From Eledone cirrhosa (Eukaryota): a DNA stretch of 64,000 nucleotides. Location: positions 6,324,001-6,388,000 of the forward strand of contig OZ024745.1 in the NCBI GenBank assembly GCA_964016885.1, written 5' to 3'. Positions 1 to 15,400 of this stretch are shown in pieces (the stretch's first letter is position 1; each line of letters opens with the position of its first letter). The notes beneath the pieces are model-generated. The model worked only from the letters and a program-made list of their open reading frames with translations, was not told where the DNA came from and did not search any database. A program made the position numbers and the translations under genes.

Positions 1-1055
1 ATATAGTATTATAATACTGTCTGACAGTATTATATTACTGTCAGATATAGTATTATATTACTGTCAGATATAGTATTATAATACTGTCAGATATAGTGTT
101 ATAATACTGTCAGATATAGTATTATAATACTGTCAGATATAGTATTATATTACTGTTAGATATAGTATTATAATACTGTCAGATATAGTATTATAATACT
201 GTCTGAGATAGTATTATATTACTGTCAGATATAGTATTATATTACTGTCAGATATAGTATTATATTACTGTCTGATATAGTATTATAATACTGTCAGATA
301 TAGTATTATATTACTGTCAGATATAGTATTATGTTACTGTCTGATATAGTATTATATTACTGTCAGATCTAGTGTTATAATACTGTCAGATATAGTATTA
401 TAATACTGTCCGATATAGTGTAACAATACTGTCAGATATAGTATTATATTACTCTCATATATAGTCTTATAATACTGTCTGATATAGTATTATAATATTG
501 TCAGATATTGTATTATATTACTGTCAGATATAGTATTATAATACTTCTCAGATATAGTATTATATTACTGTTAGATATATTATTATAATACTGTCAGATA
601 TTATATTATAATACTGTCAGATATAGTATTATAATACTTCTCAGATATAGTATTATATTACTGTCAGATATAGTATTATAATACTGTCTGACAGTATTAT
701 ATTACTCTCAGATATAGTATTATATTACTGTCAGATATAGTATTATAATACTGTCAGATATAGTGTTATAATACTGTCAGATATAGTATTATAATACTGT
801 CAGATATAGTATTATATTACTGTTAGATATAGTATTATAATACTGTCTGAGATAGTATTATATTACTGTCAGATATAGTATTATATTACTGTCAGATATA
901 GTATTATATTACTGTCAGATATAGTATTATAATACTGTCAGATATAATATTATCATACTGTCAGATATAGAATTATAATACTGTCTGATATAGTATTGTA
1001 TTATTGTCAGATATAGTATTATAATACTCTCAGATATAGTATTATATTACTGTTG

Positions 1056-4000
1056 GATATAGTATTATAATACTGTCTGATATAGTATTATAATACTGTG
1101 AGGTATAGTGTTATAATATTGTCAGATATAGTATTATAATACTGTCAGATATAGTATTATATTACTGTTATTTATAGTATTATAATACTGTCAGATATAG
1201 TTTTATAATACCGTCAGATATAGTATTATATTACTGTCAGATATAGTGTTATAGTACTGTATGATAGAGTATTATAATACTGTCAGATATTGTATTATAT
1301 TACTGTCAGATATAGTTTTATAATACTTCTCAGATATAGTATTATATAACTGTCAGATATAGTATTATAATACTGTCTGACAGTATTATATTACTGTCAG
1401 ATATAGTATTATATTACTGTCAGATATAGTATTATAATACTGTCAGATATAGTGTTATAATACTGTCAGATATAGTATTATAATACTGTCAGATATAGTA
1501 TTATATTACTGTTAGATATAGTATTATAATACTGTCAGATATAGTATTATAATACTGTCTGAGATAGTATTATATTACTGTCAGATATATTATTATATTA
1601 CTGTCAGATATAGTATTATATTACTGTCAGATATAGTATTATAATACTGTCAGATATAGAATTATAATACTGTCTGATATAGTATTATATTATTGTCAGA
1701 TATAGTATTATAATACTCTCAGATATAGTATTATATTACTGTTAGATATAGTATTATAACACTGTCTGATATAGTATTATAATACTGTCAGATATAGTAT
1801 TATATTACTGTTAGATATAGTATTATATTTTTGTCTGATATCGTATTGTATTACTGTCAGTTATAGTATTATAATACTGTCAGTTATAGTATTATATTAC
1901 TGTAAGATATAGTATTATAATACTGTCAGATATTGTATTATATCACTGTCAGATATAGAATTATAATACTGCCAGATATAGTATTATATTACTGACAGAT
2001 ATAGTATTATAATACTGTCTAATAGAGTATTATAATACTGTCTGAGATAGTATTATATTACTGTCAGATATAGTATTATATTACTGTCAGATATAGTATT
2101 ATATTACTGTCAGATATAGTATTGTAATACTGTCAGATATAATATTATCATACTGTCAGATATAGAATTATAATACTGTCTGATATAGTATTATATTATT
2201 GTCAGATATAGTATTATAATACTCTCAGATATAGTATTATATTACTGTTGGATATAGTATTATAATACTGTCTGATATAGTATTATAATACTGTCAGATA
2301 TAGTATTATAATACTGTCAGATATAGTATTATAATACTGTCAGATATAGTATTATATTACTGTCAGATATAGTATTATATTACTGTCAGATATAGTATTA
2401 TAATACTGTCTGATAGAGTATTATAATACTGTCTGACAGTATTTTATTACTGTCAGATATAGTATTATATTACTGTCAGATATTGTATTATATTACTGTC
2501 AGATATAGTATTATAATACTTCTCAGATATAGTATTATAATACAGTCTGACAGTATTATAATACTGTCAGATATAGTATTATAATACTGTCAGGTATAGT
2601 GTTATAATACTGTCAGATATAGTATTATAATACTGTCAGATATAGTATTATATTACTGTTATTTATAGTATTATAATACTGTCAGATATAGTTTTATAAT
2701 ACCGTCAGATATAGTATTATATTACTGTCAGATATAGTGTTATAATACTGTATGATAGAGTATTATAATATTGTCAGATATTGTATTATATTACTGTCAG
2801 ATATAGTATTATAATACTTCTCAGATATAGTATTATATTACTGTTAGATATAGTATTATAATACTGTCAGATATTGTATTATATTACTGTCAGATATAGT
2901 ATTATAATACTTCTCAGATATAGTATTATATAACTGTCAGATATAGTATTATAATACTGTCTGACAGTATTATATTACTGTCAGATATAGTATTATATTA
3001 CTGTCAGATATAGTATTATAATACTGTCAGATATAGTATTATATTACTGTCAGATATAGTATTATATTACTGTCAGATATAGTATTATATTACTGTCAGA
3101 TATAGTATTATAATACTGTCAGATATAATATTATAATACTGTCAGATATAGAATTATAATACTGTCTGATATAGTATAATATTATTGTCAGATATAGTAT
3201 TATAATACTCTCAGAAATAGTATTATATTACTGTTCGATATAGTATTATAATACTGTCTGATATTGTATTATAATACTGTCAGATATAGTATTATATTAC
3301 TGTTAGATATAGTATTATATTTTTGTCTGATATCGTATTGTATTACTGTCAGTTATAGTATTATAATACTGTCAGTTATAGTATTATATTACTGTAAGAT
3401 ATAGTATTATAATACTGTCAGATATTGTATTATATCACTGTCAGATATAGAATTATAATACTGCCAGATATAGTATTATATTACTGACAGATATAGTATT
3501 ATAATACTGTCTAATAGAGTATTATAATACTGTCTGACAGTATTATATTACTGTCAGATATAGTATTATAATACTGTCAGATATAGTATTATATTACTGT
3601 TATTTATAGTATTATAATACTGTCAGATATAGTTTTATAATACTGTCAGATATAGTATTATATTACTCTCAGATATAGTTTTATAATACTGTATGATAGA
3701 GTATTATAATATTGTCAGATATTGTATTATATTACTGTCAGATATAGTATTATAATACTTCTCAGATATAGTATTATATTACTGTTAGATATAGTATTAT
3801 AATACTGTCAGATATTGTATTATATTACTGTCAGATATAGTATTATAATACTTCTCAGATATAGTATTATATAACTGTCAGATATAGTATTATAATACTG
3901 TCTGACAGTATTATATTACTGTCAGATATAGTATTATATTACTGTCAGATATAGTATTATAATACTGTCAGATATAGTGTTATAATACTGTCAGATATAG

Positions 4001-7000
4001 TATTATAATACTGTCAGATATAGTATTATATTACTGTTAGATATAGTATTATAATACTGTCAGATATAATATTATAATACTGTCAGATATAGAATTATAA
4101 TACTGTGTGATATAGTATTATATTATTGTCAGATATAGTATTATAATACTCTCAGATATAGTATTATATTACTGTTAGATATAGTATTATAATACTGTCT
4201 GATATAGTATTATAATACTGTCAGATATAGTATTATAATACTGTCAGATAGAGTATTATAATACTGTCTGACAGTATTATATTCCTGTTAGATATAGTGT
4301 TATAATACTGTCAGATATAGTATTATAATACTGTCAGATATAGTATTATAAAACTGTCAGATATAGTATTATATTACTGTAAGATATAGTATTATAATAC
4401 TTTCAGATATAGTATTATATTACTGTCAGATATAGTATTATATTACTGTCAGATATAGTATTATATTACTGTCAGATATAGTATTATATTACTGTCAGAT
4501 ATAATATTATAATACTGTCAGATATAGAATTATAATACTGTCAGTTATAGTATTATATTACTGTAAGATATAGTATTATAATACTGTCAGATATAGTATT
4601 ATATTACTGTCAGATATAGTATTATAATACTGTCTGATAGAGTATTATAATACTGTCTGACAGTATTATATTTCTGTCAGATATAGTATTATATTACTGT
4701 CAGATATTGTATTATATTACTGTCAGATATAGTATTATAATACTTCTCAGATATAGTATTATAATACTGTCTGACAGTATTATAATACTGTCAGATGTAG
4801 TATTATAATATTGTCAGATATAGTGTTATAATACTGTCAGATATAGTATTATAATACTGTCAGATATAGTATCATATTACCGTTAGATATAGTATTATAA
4901 TACTGTCAGATATAGTATTATGTTAATGTCAGATATAGTATTATAAACTGTCAGATATAGTATTATAATACTGTCAGTTATAGTATTATAACACTGTCAG
5001 ATATAGTATTATATTACTGTCAGATATAGTATTATAATACTGTCAGATATAGTATTATATTGCTGTCAGATATAGTATTATATTACTGTCAGATATAGTA
5101 TTATAATATTGTCAGATATTGTAGTATATCATTGTCAGATATAGTATTATAATACTGTCAGTTATAGTATCATATTACTGTCAGATATAGTATTATAATA
5201 CTGTCAGATATTGTATTATATTACTGTCAGATATAGTATTATAATACTGTCTGACAGTATTATATTACTCTCAGATATAGTATTATATTACTGTCAGATA
5301 TAGTATTATAATACTGTCAGATATAGTGTTATAATACTGTCAGATATAGTATTATAATACTGTCAGATATAGTATTATATTACTGCTAGATATAGTAATA
5401 TAATACTGTCAGATATAGTATTATAATACTGTCTGAGATAGTATTATATTACTGTCAGATATAGTATTATATTACTGTCAGATATAGTATTATATTACTG
5501 TCAGATATAGTATTTTAATACTGTCAGATATAATATTATAATACTGTCAGATATAGAATTATAAAACTGCCTGATATAGTATTATATTATTGTCAGATAT
5601 AGTATTATAATACTCTCAGATATAGTATTATATTACTGTTGGATATAGTATTATAATACTGTCTGATATAGTATTATAATACTGTCAGATATAGTATTAT
5701 AATACTGTCAGATATAGTATTATAATACTGTCAGATATAGTATTATATTACTGTCAGATATAGTATTATATTACTGTCAGATATAGTATTATAATACTGT
5801 CTGATAGAGTATTATAATACTGTCTGACAGTATTATATTACTGTCAGATATAGTATTATATTACTGTCAGATATTGTATTATATTACTGTCAGATATAGT
5901 ATTATAATACTTCTCAGATATAGTATTATAATACAGTCTGACAGTATTATAATACTGTCAGATATAGTATTATAATACTGTCAGGTATAGTGTTATAATA
6001 CTGTCAGATATAGTATTATAATACTGTCAGATATAGTATTATATTACTGTTATTTATAGTATTATAATACTGTCAGATATAGTTTTATAATACCGTCAGA
6101 TATAGTATTATATTACTGTCAGATATAGTGTTATAATACTGTATGATAGAGTATTATAATATTGTCAGATATTGTATTATATTACTGTCAGATATAGTAT
6201 TATAATACTTCTCAGATATAGTATTATATTACTGTTAGATATAGTATTATAATACTGTCAGATATTGTATTATATTACTGTCAGATATAGTATTATAATA
6301 CTTCTCAGATATAGTATTATATAACTGTCAGATATAGTATTATAATACTGTCTGACAGTATTATATTACTGTCAGATATAGTATTATATTACTGTCAGAT
6401 ATAGTATTATAATACTGTCAGATATAGTGTTATAATACTGTCAGATATAGTATTATAATACTGTCAGATATAGTATTATATTACTGTTAGGTATAGTATT
6501 ATAATACTGTCAGATATAGTATTATAATACTGTCTGAGATAGTATTATATTACTGTCAGATATAGTATTATATTACTGTCAGATATAGTATTATATTACT
6601 GTCAGATATAGTATTATAATACTGTCAGATATAATATTATAATACTGTCAGATATAGAATTATAATACTGTCTGATATAGTATTATATTATTGTCAGATA
6701 TAGTATTATAATACTCTCAGATATAGTATTATATTAGTGTTAGATATAGTATTATAATACTGTCTGATATAGTATTATAATACTGTGAGGTATAGTGTTA
6801 TAATATTGTCAGATATAGTATTATAATACTGTCAGATATAGTATTATATTACTGTTATTTATAGTATTATAATACTGTCAGATATAGTTTTATAATACCG
6901 TCAGATATAGTATTATATTACTGTCAGATATAGTGTTATAGTACTGTATGATAGAGTATTATAATACTGTCAGATATTGTATTATATTACTGTCAGATAT

Positions 7001-10000
7001 AGTATTATAATACTTCTCAGATATAGTATTATATAACTGTCAGATATAGTATTATAATACTGTCTGACAGTATTATATTACTGTCAGATATAGTATTATA
7101 TTACTGTCAGATATAGTATTATAATACTGTCAGATATAGTGTTATAATACTGTCAGATATAGTATTATAATACTGTCAGATATAGTATTATATTACTGTT
7201 AGATATAGTATTATAATACTGTCAGATATAGTATTATAATACTGTCTGAGATAGTATTATATTACTGTCAGATATATTATTATATTACTGTCAGATATAG
7301 TATTATATTACTGTCAGATATAGTATTATAATACTGTCAGATATAGAATTATAATACTGTCTGATATAGTATTATATTATTGTCAGATATAGTATTATAA
7401 TACTCTCAGATATAGTATTATATTACTGTTAGATATAGTATTATAACACTGTCTGATATAGTATTATAATACTGTCAGATATAGTATTATATTACTGTTA
7501 GATATAGTATTATATTTTTGTCTGATATCGTATTGTATTACTGTCAGTTATAGTATTATAATACTGTCAGTTATAGTATTATATTACTGTAAGATATAGT
7601 ATTATAATACTGTCAGATATTGTATTATATCACTGTCAGATATAGAATTATAATACTGCCAGATATAGTATTATATTACTGACAGATATAGTATTATAAT
7701 ACTGTCTAATAGAGTATTATAATACTGTCTGAGATAGTATTATATTACTGTCAGATATAGTATTATATTACTGTCAGATATAGTATTATATTACTGTCAG
7801 ATATAGTATTGTAATACTGTCAGATATAATATTATCATACTGTCAGATATAGAATTATAATACTGTCTGATATAGTATTATATTATTGTCAGATATAGTA
7901 TTATAATACTCTCAGATATAGTATTATATTACTGTTGGATATAGTATTATAATACTGTCTGATATAGTATTATAATACTGTCAGATATAGTATTATAATA
8001 CTGTCAGATATAGTATTATAATACTGTCAGATATAGTATTATATTACTGTCAGATATAGTATTATATTACTGTCAGATATAGTATTATAATACTGTCTGA
8101 TAGAGTATTATAATACTGTCTGACAGTATTTTATTACTGTCAGATATAGTATTATATTACTGTCAGATATTGTATTATATTACTGTCAGATATAGTATTA
8201 TAATACTTCTCAGATATAGTATTATAATACAGTCTGACAGTATTATAATACTGTCAGATATAGTATTATAATACTGTCAGGTATAGTGTTATAATACTGT
8301 CAGATATAGTATTATAATACTGTCAGATATAGTATTATATTACTGTTATTTATAGTATTATAATACTGTCAGATATAGTTTTATAATACCGTCAGATATA
8401 GTATTATATTACTGTCAGATATAGTGTTATAATACTGTATGATAGAGTATTATAATATTGTCAGATATTGTATTATATTACTGTCAGATATAGTATTATA
8501 ATACTTCTCAGATATAGTATTATATTACTGTTAGATATAGTATTATAATACTGTCAGATATTGTATTATATTACTGTCAGATACAGTATTATAATACTTC
8601 TCAGATATAGTATTATATAACTGTCAGATATAGTATTATAATACTGTCTGACAGTATTATATTACTGTCAGATATAGTATTATATTACTGTCAGATATAG
8701 TATTATAATACTGTCAGATATAGTATTATATTACTGTCAGATATAGTATTATATTACTGTCAGATATAGTATTATATTACTGTCAGATATAGTATTATAA
8801 TACTGTCAGATATAATATTATAATACTGTCAGATATAGAATTATAATACTGTCTGATATAGTATTATATTATTGTCAGATATAGTATTATAATACTCTCA
8901 GAAATAGTATTATATTACTGTTAGATATAGTATTATAATACTGTCTGATATTGTATTATAATACTGTCAGATATAGTATTATATTACTGTTAGATATAGT
9001 ATTATATTTTTGTCTGATATCGTATTGTATTACTGTCAGTTATAGTATTATAATACTGTCAGTTATAGTATTATATTACTGTAAGATATAGTATTATAAT
9101 ACTGTCAGATATTGTATTATATCACTGTCAGATATAGAATTATAATACTGCCAGATATAGTATTATATTACTGACAGATATAGTATTATAATACTGTCTA
9201 ATAGAGTATTATAATACTGTCTGACAGTATTATATTACTGTCAGATATAGTATTATAATACTGTCAGATATAGTATTATATTACTGTTATTTATAGTATT
9301 ATAATACTGTCAGATATAGTTTTATAATACTGTCAGATATAGTATTATATTACTGTCAGATATAGTTTTATAATACTGTATGATAGAGTATTATAATATT
9401 GTCAGATATTGTATTATATTACTGCCAGATATAGTATTATAATACTTCTCAGATATAGTATTATATTACTGTTAGATATAGTATTATAATACTGTCAGAT
9501 ATTGTATTATATTACTGTCAGATATAGTATTATAATACTTCTCAGATATAGTATTATATAACTGTCAGATATAGTATTATAATACTGTCTGACAGTATTA
9601 TATTACTGTCAGATATAGTATTATATTACTGTCAGATATAGTATTATAATACTGTCAGATATAGTGTTATAATACTGTCAGATATAGTATTATAATACTG
9701 TCAGATATAGTATTATATTACTGTTAGATATAGTATTATAATACTGTCAGATATAATATTATAATACTGTCAGATATAGAATTATAATACTGTGTGATAT
9801 AGTATTATATTATTGTCAGATATAGTATTATAATACTCTCAGATATAGTATTATATTACTGTTAGATATAGTATTATAATACTGTCTGATATAGTATTAT
9901 AATACTGTCAGATATAGTATTATAATACTGTCAGATAGAGTATTATAATACTGTCTGACAGTATTATATTCCTGTTAGATATAGTGTTATAATACTGTCA

Positions 10001-12473
10001 GATATAGTATTATAATACTGTCAGATATAGTATTATAAAACTGTCAGATATAGTATTATATTACTGTAAGATATAGTATTATAATACTTTCAGATATAGT
10101 ATTATATTACTGTCAGATATAGTATTATATTACTGTCAGATATAGTATTATATTACTGTCAGATATAGTATTATATTACTGTCAGATATAATATTATAAT
10201 ACTGTCAGATATAGAATTATAATACTGTCAGTTATAGTATTATATTACTGTAAGATATAGTATTATAATACTGTCAGATATAGTATTATATTACTGTCAG
10301 ATATAGTATTATAATACTGTCTGATAGAGTATTATAATACTGTCTGACAGTATTATATTTCTGTCAGATATAGTATTATATTACTGTCAGATATTGTATT
10401 ATATTACTGTCAGATATAGTATTATAATACTTCTCAGATATAGTATTATAATACTGTCTGACAGTATTATAATACTGTCAGATGTAGTATTATAATATTG
10501 TCAGATATAGTGTTATAATACTGTCAGATATAGTATTATAATACTGTCAGATATAGTATCATATTACCGTTAGATATAGTATTATAATACTGTCAGATAT
10601 AGTATTATGTTAATGTCAGATATAGTATTATAAACTGTCAGATATAGTATTATAATACTGTCAGTTATAGTATTATAACACTGTCAGATATAGTATTATA
10701 TTACTGTCAGATATAGTATTATAATACTGTCAGATATAGTATTATATTGCTGTCAGATATAGTATTATATTACTGTCAGATATAGTATTATAATATTGTC
10801 AGATATTGTAGTATATCATTGTCAGATATAGTATTATAATACTGTCAGTTATAGTATCATATTACTGTCAGATATAGTATTATAATACTGTCAGATATTG
10901 TATTATATTACTGTCAGATATAGTATTATAATACTGTCTGACAGTATTATATTACTCTCAGATATAGTATTATATTACTGTCAGATATAGTATTATAATA
11001 CTGTCAGATATAGTGTTATAATACTGTCAGATATAGTATTATAATACTGTTAGATATAGTATTATATTACTGCTAGATATAGTAATATAATACTGTCAGA
11101 TATAGTATTATAATACTGTCTGAGATAGTATTATATTACTGTCAGATATAGTATTATATTACTGTCAGATATAGTATTATATTACTGTCAGATATAGTAT
11201 TTTAATACTGTCAGATATAATATTATAATACTGTCAGATATAGAATTATAAAACTGCCTGATATAGTATTATATTATTGTCAGATATAGTATTATAATAC
11301 TCTCAGATATAGTATTATATTACTGTTGGATATAGTATTATAATACTGTCTGATATAGTATTATAATACTGTCAGATATAGTATTATAATACTGTCAGAT
11401 ATAGTATTATAATACTGTCAGATATAGTATTATATTACTGTCAGATATAGTATTATATTACTGTCAGATATAGTATTATAATACTGTCTGATAGAGTATT
11501 ATAATACTGTCTGACAGTATTATATTACTGTCAGATATAGTATTATATTACTGTCAGATATTGTATTATATTACTGTCAGATATAGTATTATAATACTTC
11601 TCAGATATAGTATTATAATACAGTCTGACAGTATTATAATACTGTCAGATATAGTATTATAATACTGTCAGGTATAGTGTTATAATACTGTCAGATATAG
11701 TATTATAATACTGTCAGATATAGTATTATATTACTGTTATTTATAGTATTATAATACTGTCAGATATAGTTTTATAATACCGTCAGATATAGTATTATAT
11801 TACTGTCAGATATAGTGTTATAATACTGTATGATAGAGTATTATAATATTGTCAGATATTGTATTATATTACTGTCAGATATAGTATTATAATACTTCTC
11901 AGATATAGTATTATATTACTGTTAGATATAGTATTATAATACTGTCAGATATTGTATTATATTACTGTCAGATATAGTATTATAATACTTCTCAGATATA
12001 GTATTATATAACTGTCAGATATAGTATTATAATACTGTCTGACAGTATTATATTACTGTCAGATATAGTATTATATTACTGTCAGATATAGTATTATAAT
12101 ACTGTCAGATATAGTGTTATAATACTGTCAGATATAGTATTATAATACTGTCAGATATAGTATTATATTACTGTTAGGTATAGTATTATAATACTGTCAG
12201 ATATAGTATTATAATACTGTCTGAGATAGTATTATATTACTGTCAGATATAGTATTATATTACTGTCAGATATAGTATTATATTACTGTCAGATATAGTA
12301 TTATAATACTGTCAGATATAATATTATAATACTGTCAGATATAGAATTATAATACTGTCTGATATAGTATTATATTATTGTCAGATATAGTATTATAATA
12401 CTCTCAGATATAGTATTATATTAGTGTTAGATATAGTATTATAATACTGTCTGATATAGTATTATAATACTGT
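1056..12473 (+). repeat. Tandem higher-order duplication, period 5687 bp (two near-identical copies)
   Basis: Rare variants recur at exactly +5687: TACTGTGAGG 1094/6781, TCAGAAATAG 3211/8898, TGTTAATGTC 4921/10608, TTAGTGTTAG 6734/12421. Confidence 0.92.
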
Positions 12474-15400
12474 CAGATATAGTATTATATTACTGTTAGA
12501 TATAGTATTATATTTTTGTCTGATATCGTATTGTATTACTGTCAGTTATAGTATTATAATACTGTCAGTTATAGTATTATATTACTGTAAGATATAGTAT
12601 TATAATACTGTCAGATATTGTATTATATCACTGTCAGATATAGAATTATAATACTGCCAGATATAGTATTATATTACTGACAGATATAGTATTATAATAC
12701 TGTCTAATAGAGTATTATAATACTGTCTGACAGTATTATATTACTGTCAGATATAGTATTATAATACCGTCAGATATAGTATTATATTACTGTTATTTAT
12801 AGTATTATAATACTGTCAGATATAGTTTTATAATACTGTCAGATATAGTATTATATTACTGTCAGATATAGTGTTATAATACTGTATGATAGAGTATTAT
12901 AATATTGTCAGATATTGTATTATATTACTGTCAGATATAGTATTATAATACTTCTCAGATATAGTATTATATTACTGTTAGATATAGTATTATAATACTG
13001 TCAGATATTGTATTATATTACTGTCAGATATAGTATTATAATACTTCTCAGATATAGTATTATATAAGTGTCAGATATAGTATTATAATACTGTCTGACA
13101 GTATTATATTACTGTCAGATATAGTATTATATTACTGTCAGATATAGTATTATAATACTGTCAGATATAGTGTTATAATACTGTCAGATATAGTATTATA
13201 ATAATGTCAGATATAGTATTATATTACTGTTAGATATAGTATTATAATACTGTCAGATATAGTATTATAATACTGTCTGAGATAGTATTATATTACTGTC
13301 AGATATAGTATTATATTACTGTCAGATATAGTATTATATGACTGTCAGATATAGTATTATAATACTGTCAGATATAATATTATAATACTGTCAGATATAG
13401 AATTATAATACTGTCTGATATAGTATTATATTATTGTCAGATATAGTATTATAATACTCTCAGATATAGTATAATATTACTGTTAGATATAGTATTATAA
13501 TACTGTCTGATATAGTATTATAATACTGTCAGATATAGTATTATAATACTGTCAGATAGAGTATTATAATACTGTCTGACAGTATTATATTCCTGTTAGA
13601 TATAGTGTTATAATACTGTCAGATATAGTATTATAATACTGTCAGATATAGTATTATAACACTGTCAGATATAGTATTATATTACTGTAAGATATAGTAT
13701 TATAATACTTTCAGATATAGTATTATATTACTGTCAGATATAGTATTATATTACTGTCAGATATAGTATTATATTATTGTCAGATATAATATTATAATAC
13801 TGTCAGATATAGAATTATAATACTGTCAGTTATAGTATTATATTACTGTAAGATATAGTATTATAATACTGTCAGATATTGTATTATATCACTGTCAGAT
13901 ATAGTATTATAATACTGCCAGATATAGTATTATATTACTGTCAGATATAGTATTATAATACTGTCTGATAGAGTATTATAATACTGTCTGACAGTATTAT
14001 ATTTCTGTCAGATATAGTATTATATTACTGTCAGATATTGTATTATATTACTGTCAGATATAGTATTATAATACTTCTCAGATATAGTATTATAATACTG
14101 TCTGACAGTATTATAATACTGTCAGATGTAGTATTATAATATTGTCAGATATAGTGTTATAATACTGTCAGATATAGTATTATAATACTGTCAGATATAG
14201 TATCATATTACCGTTAGATATAGTATTATAATACTGTCAGATATAGTATTATGTTAATGTCAGATATAGTATTATAAACTGTCAGATATAGTATTATAAT
14301 ACTGTCAGTTATAGTATTATAACACTGTCAGATATAGTATTATATTACTGTCAGATATAGTATTATAATACTGTCAGATATAGTATTATATTGCTGTCAG
14401 ATATAGTATTATATTACTGTCAGATATAGTATTATAATATTGTCAGATATTGTATTATATCATTGTCAGATATAGTATTATAATACTGTCAGTTATAGTA
14501 TTATATTACTGTCAGATATAGTATTATAATACTGTCAGATATTGTATTATATTACTGTCAGATATAGTATTATAATACTGTCTGACAGTATTATATTACT
14601 CTCAGATATAGTATTATATTACTGTCAGATATAGTATTATAATACTGTCAGATATAGTGTTATAATACTGTCAGATATAGTATTATAATACTGTCAGATA
14701 TAGTATTATAATACTCTCAGTTATAGTATTATATTACTGTCAGATATAGTATTATATTACTGTCAGATATAGTATTATATTACTGTAAGATATAGTATTA
14801 TATTACTGTCAGATATAGTATTATAATACTGTCTGATATTGTATTATATCACTGTCAGATATAGTATTATAACACTGTCAGATATAGTATTATAATACTG
14901 TCAGATATAGTATTATAATACTGTAAGATATAGTATTATATTACTGTCAGATATAGTATTATAATACTGTCAGATATGTTATTATAATACTGTAAGATAT
15001 AGTATTATATTACTGTCAGATATAGTATTATAATACTGTCAGATATAGTATTATATTACTGTCAGATATAGTATTATAATACTGTCTGACAGTATTATAT
15101 TACTCTCAGATATAGTATTATATTACTGTCAGATATAGTATTATATTACTGTTATTTATAGTATTATAATACTGTCAGATATAGTTTTATAATACTGTCA
15201 GATATAGTATTATATTACTGTCAGATATAGTATTATACTACTGTTAGATATAGTATTATAATACTCTCAGATATAGTATTATATTACTGTCAGATATAGT
15301 ATTATATTACTGTCAGATATAGTATTATATTACTGTCAGATATAATATTATAATACTGTCAGATATAGAATTATAATACTGTCAGTTATAGTATTATATT

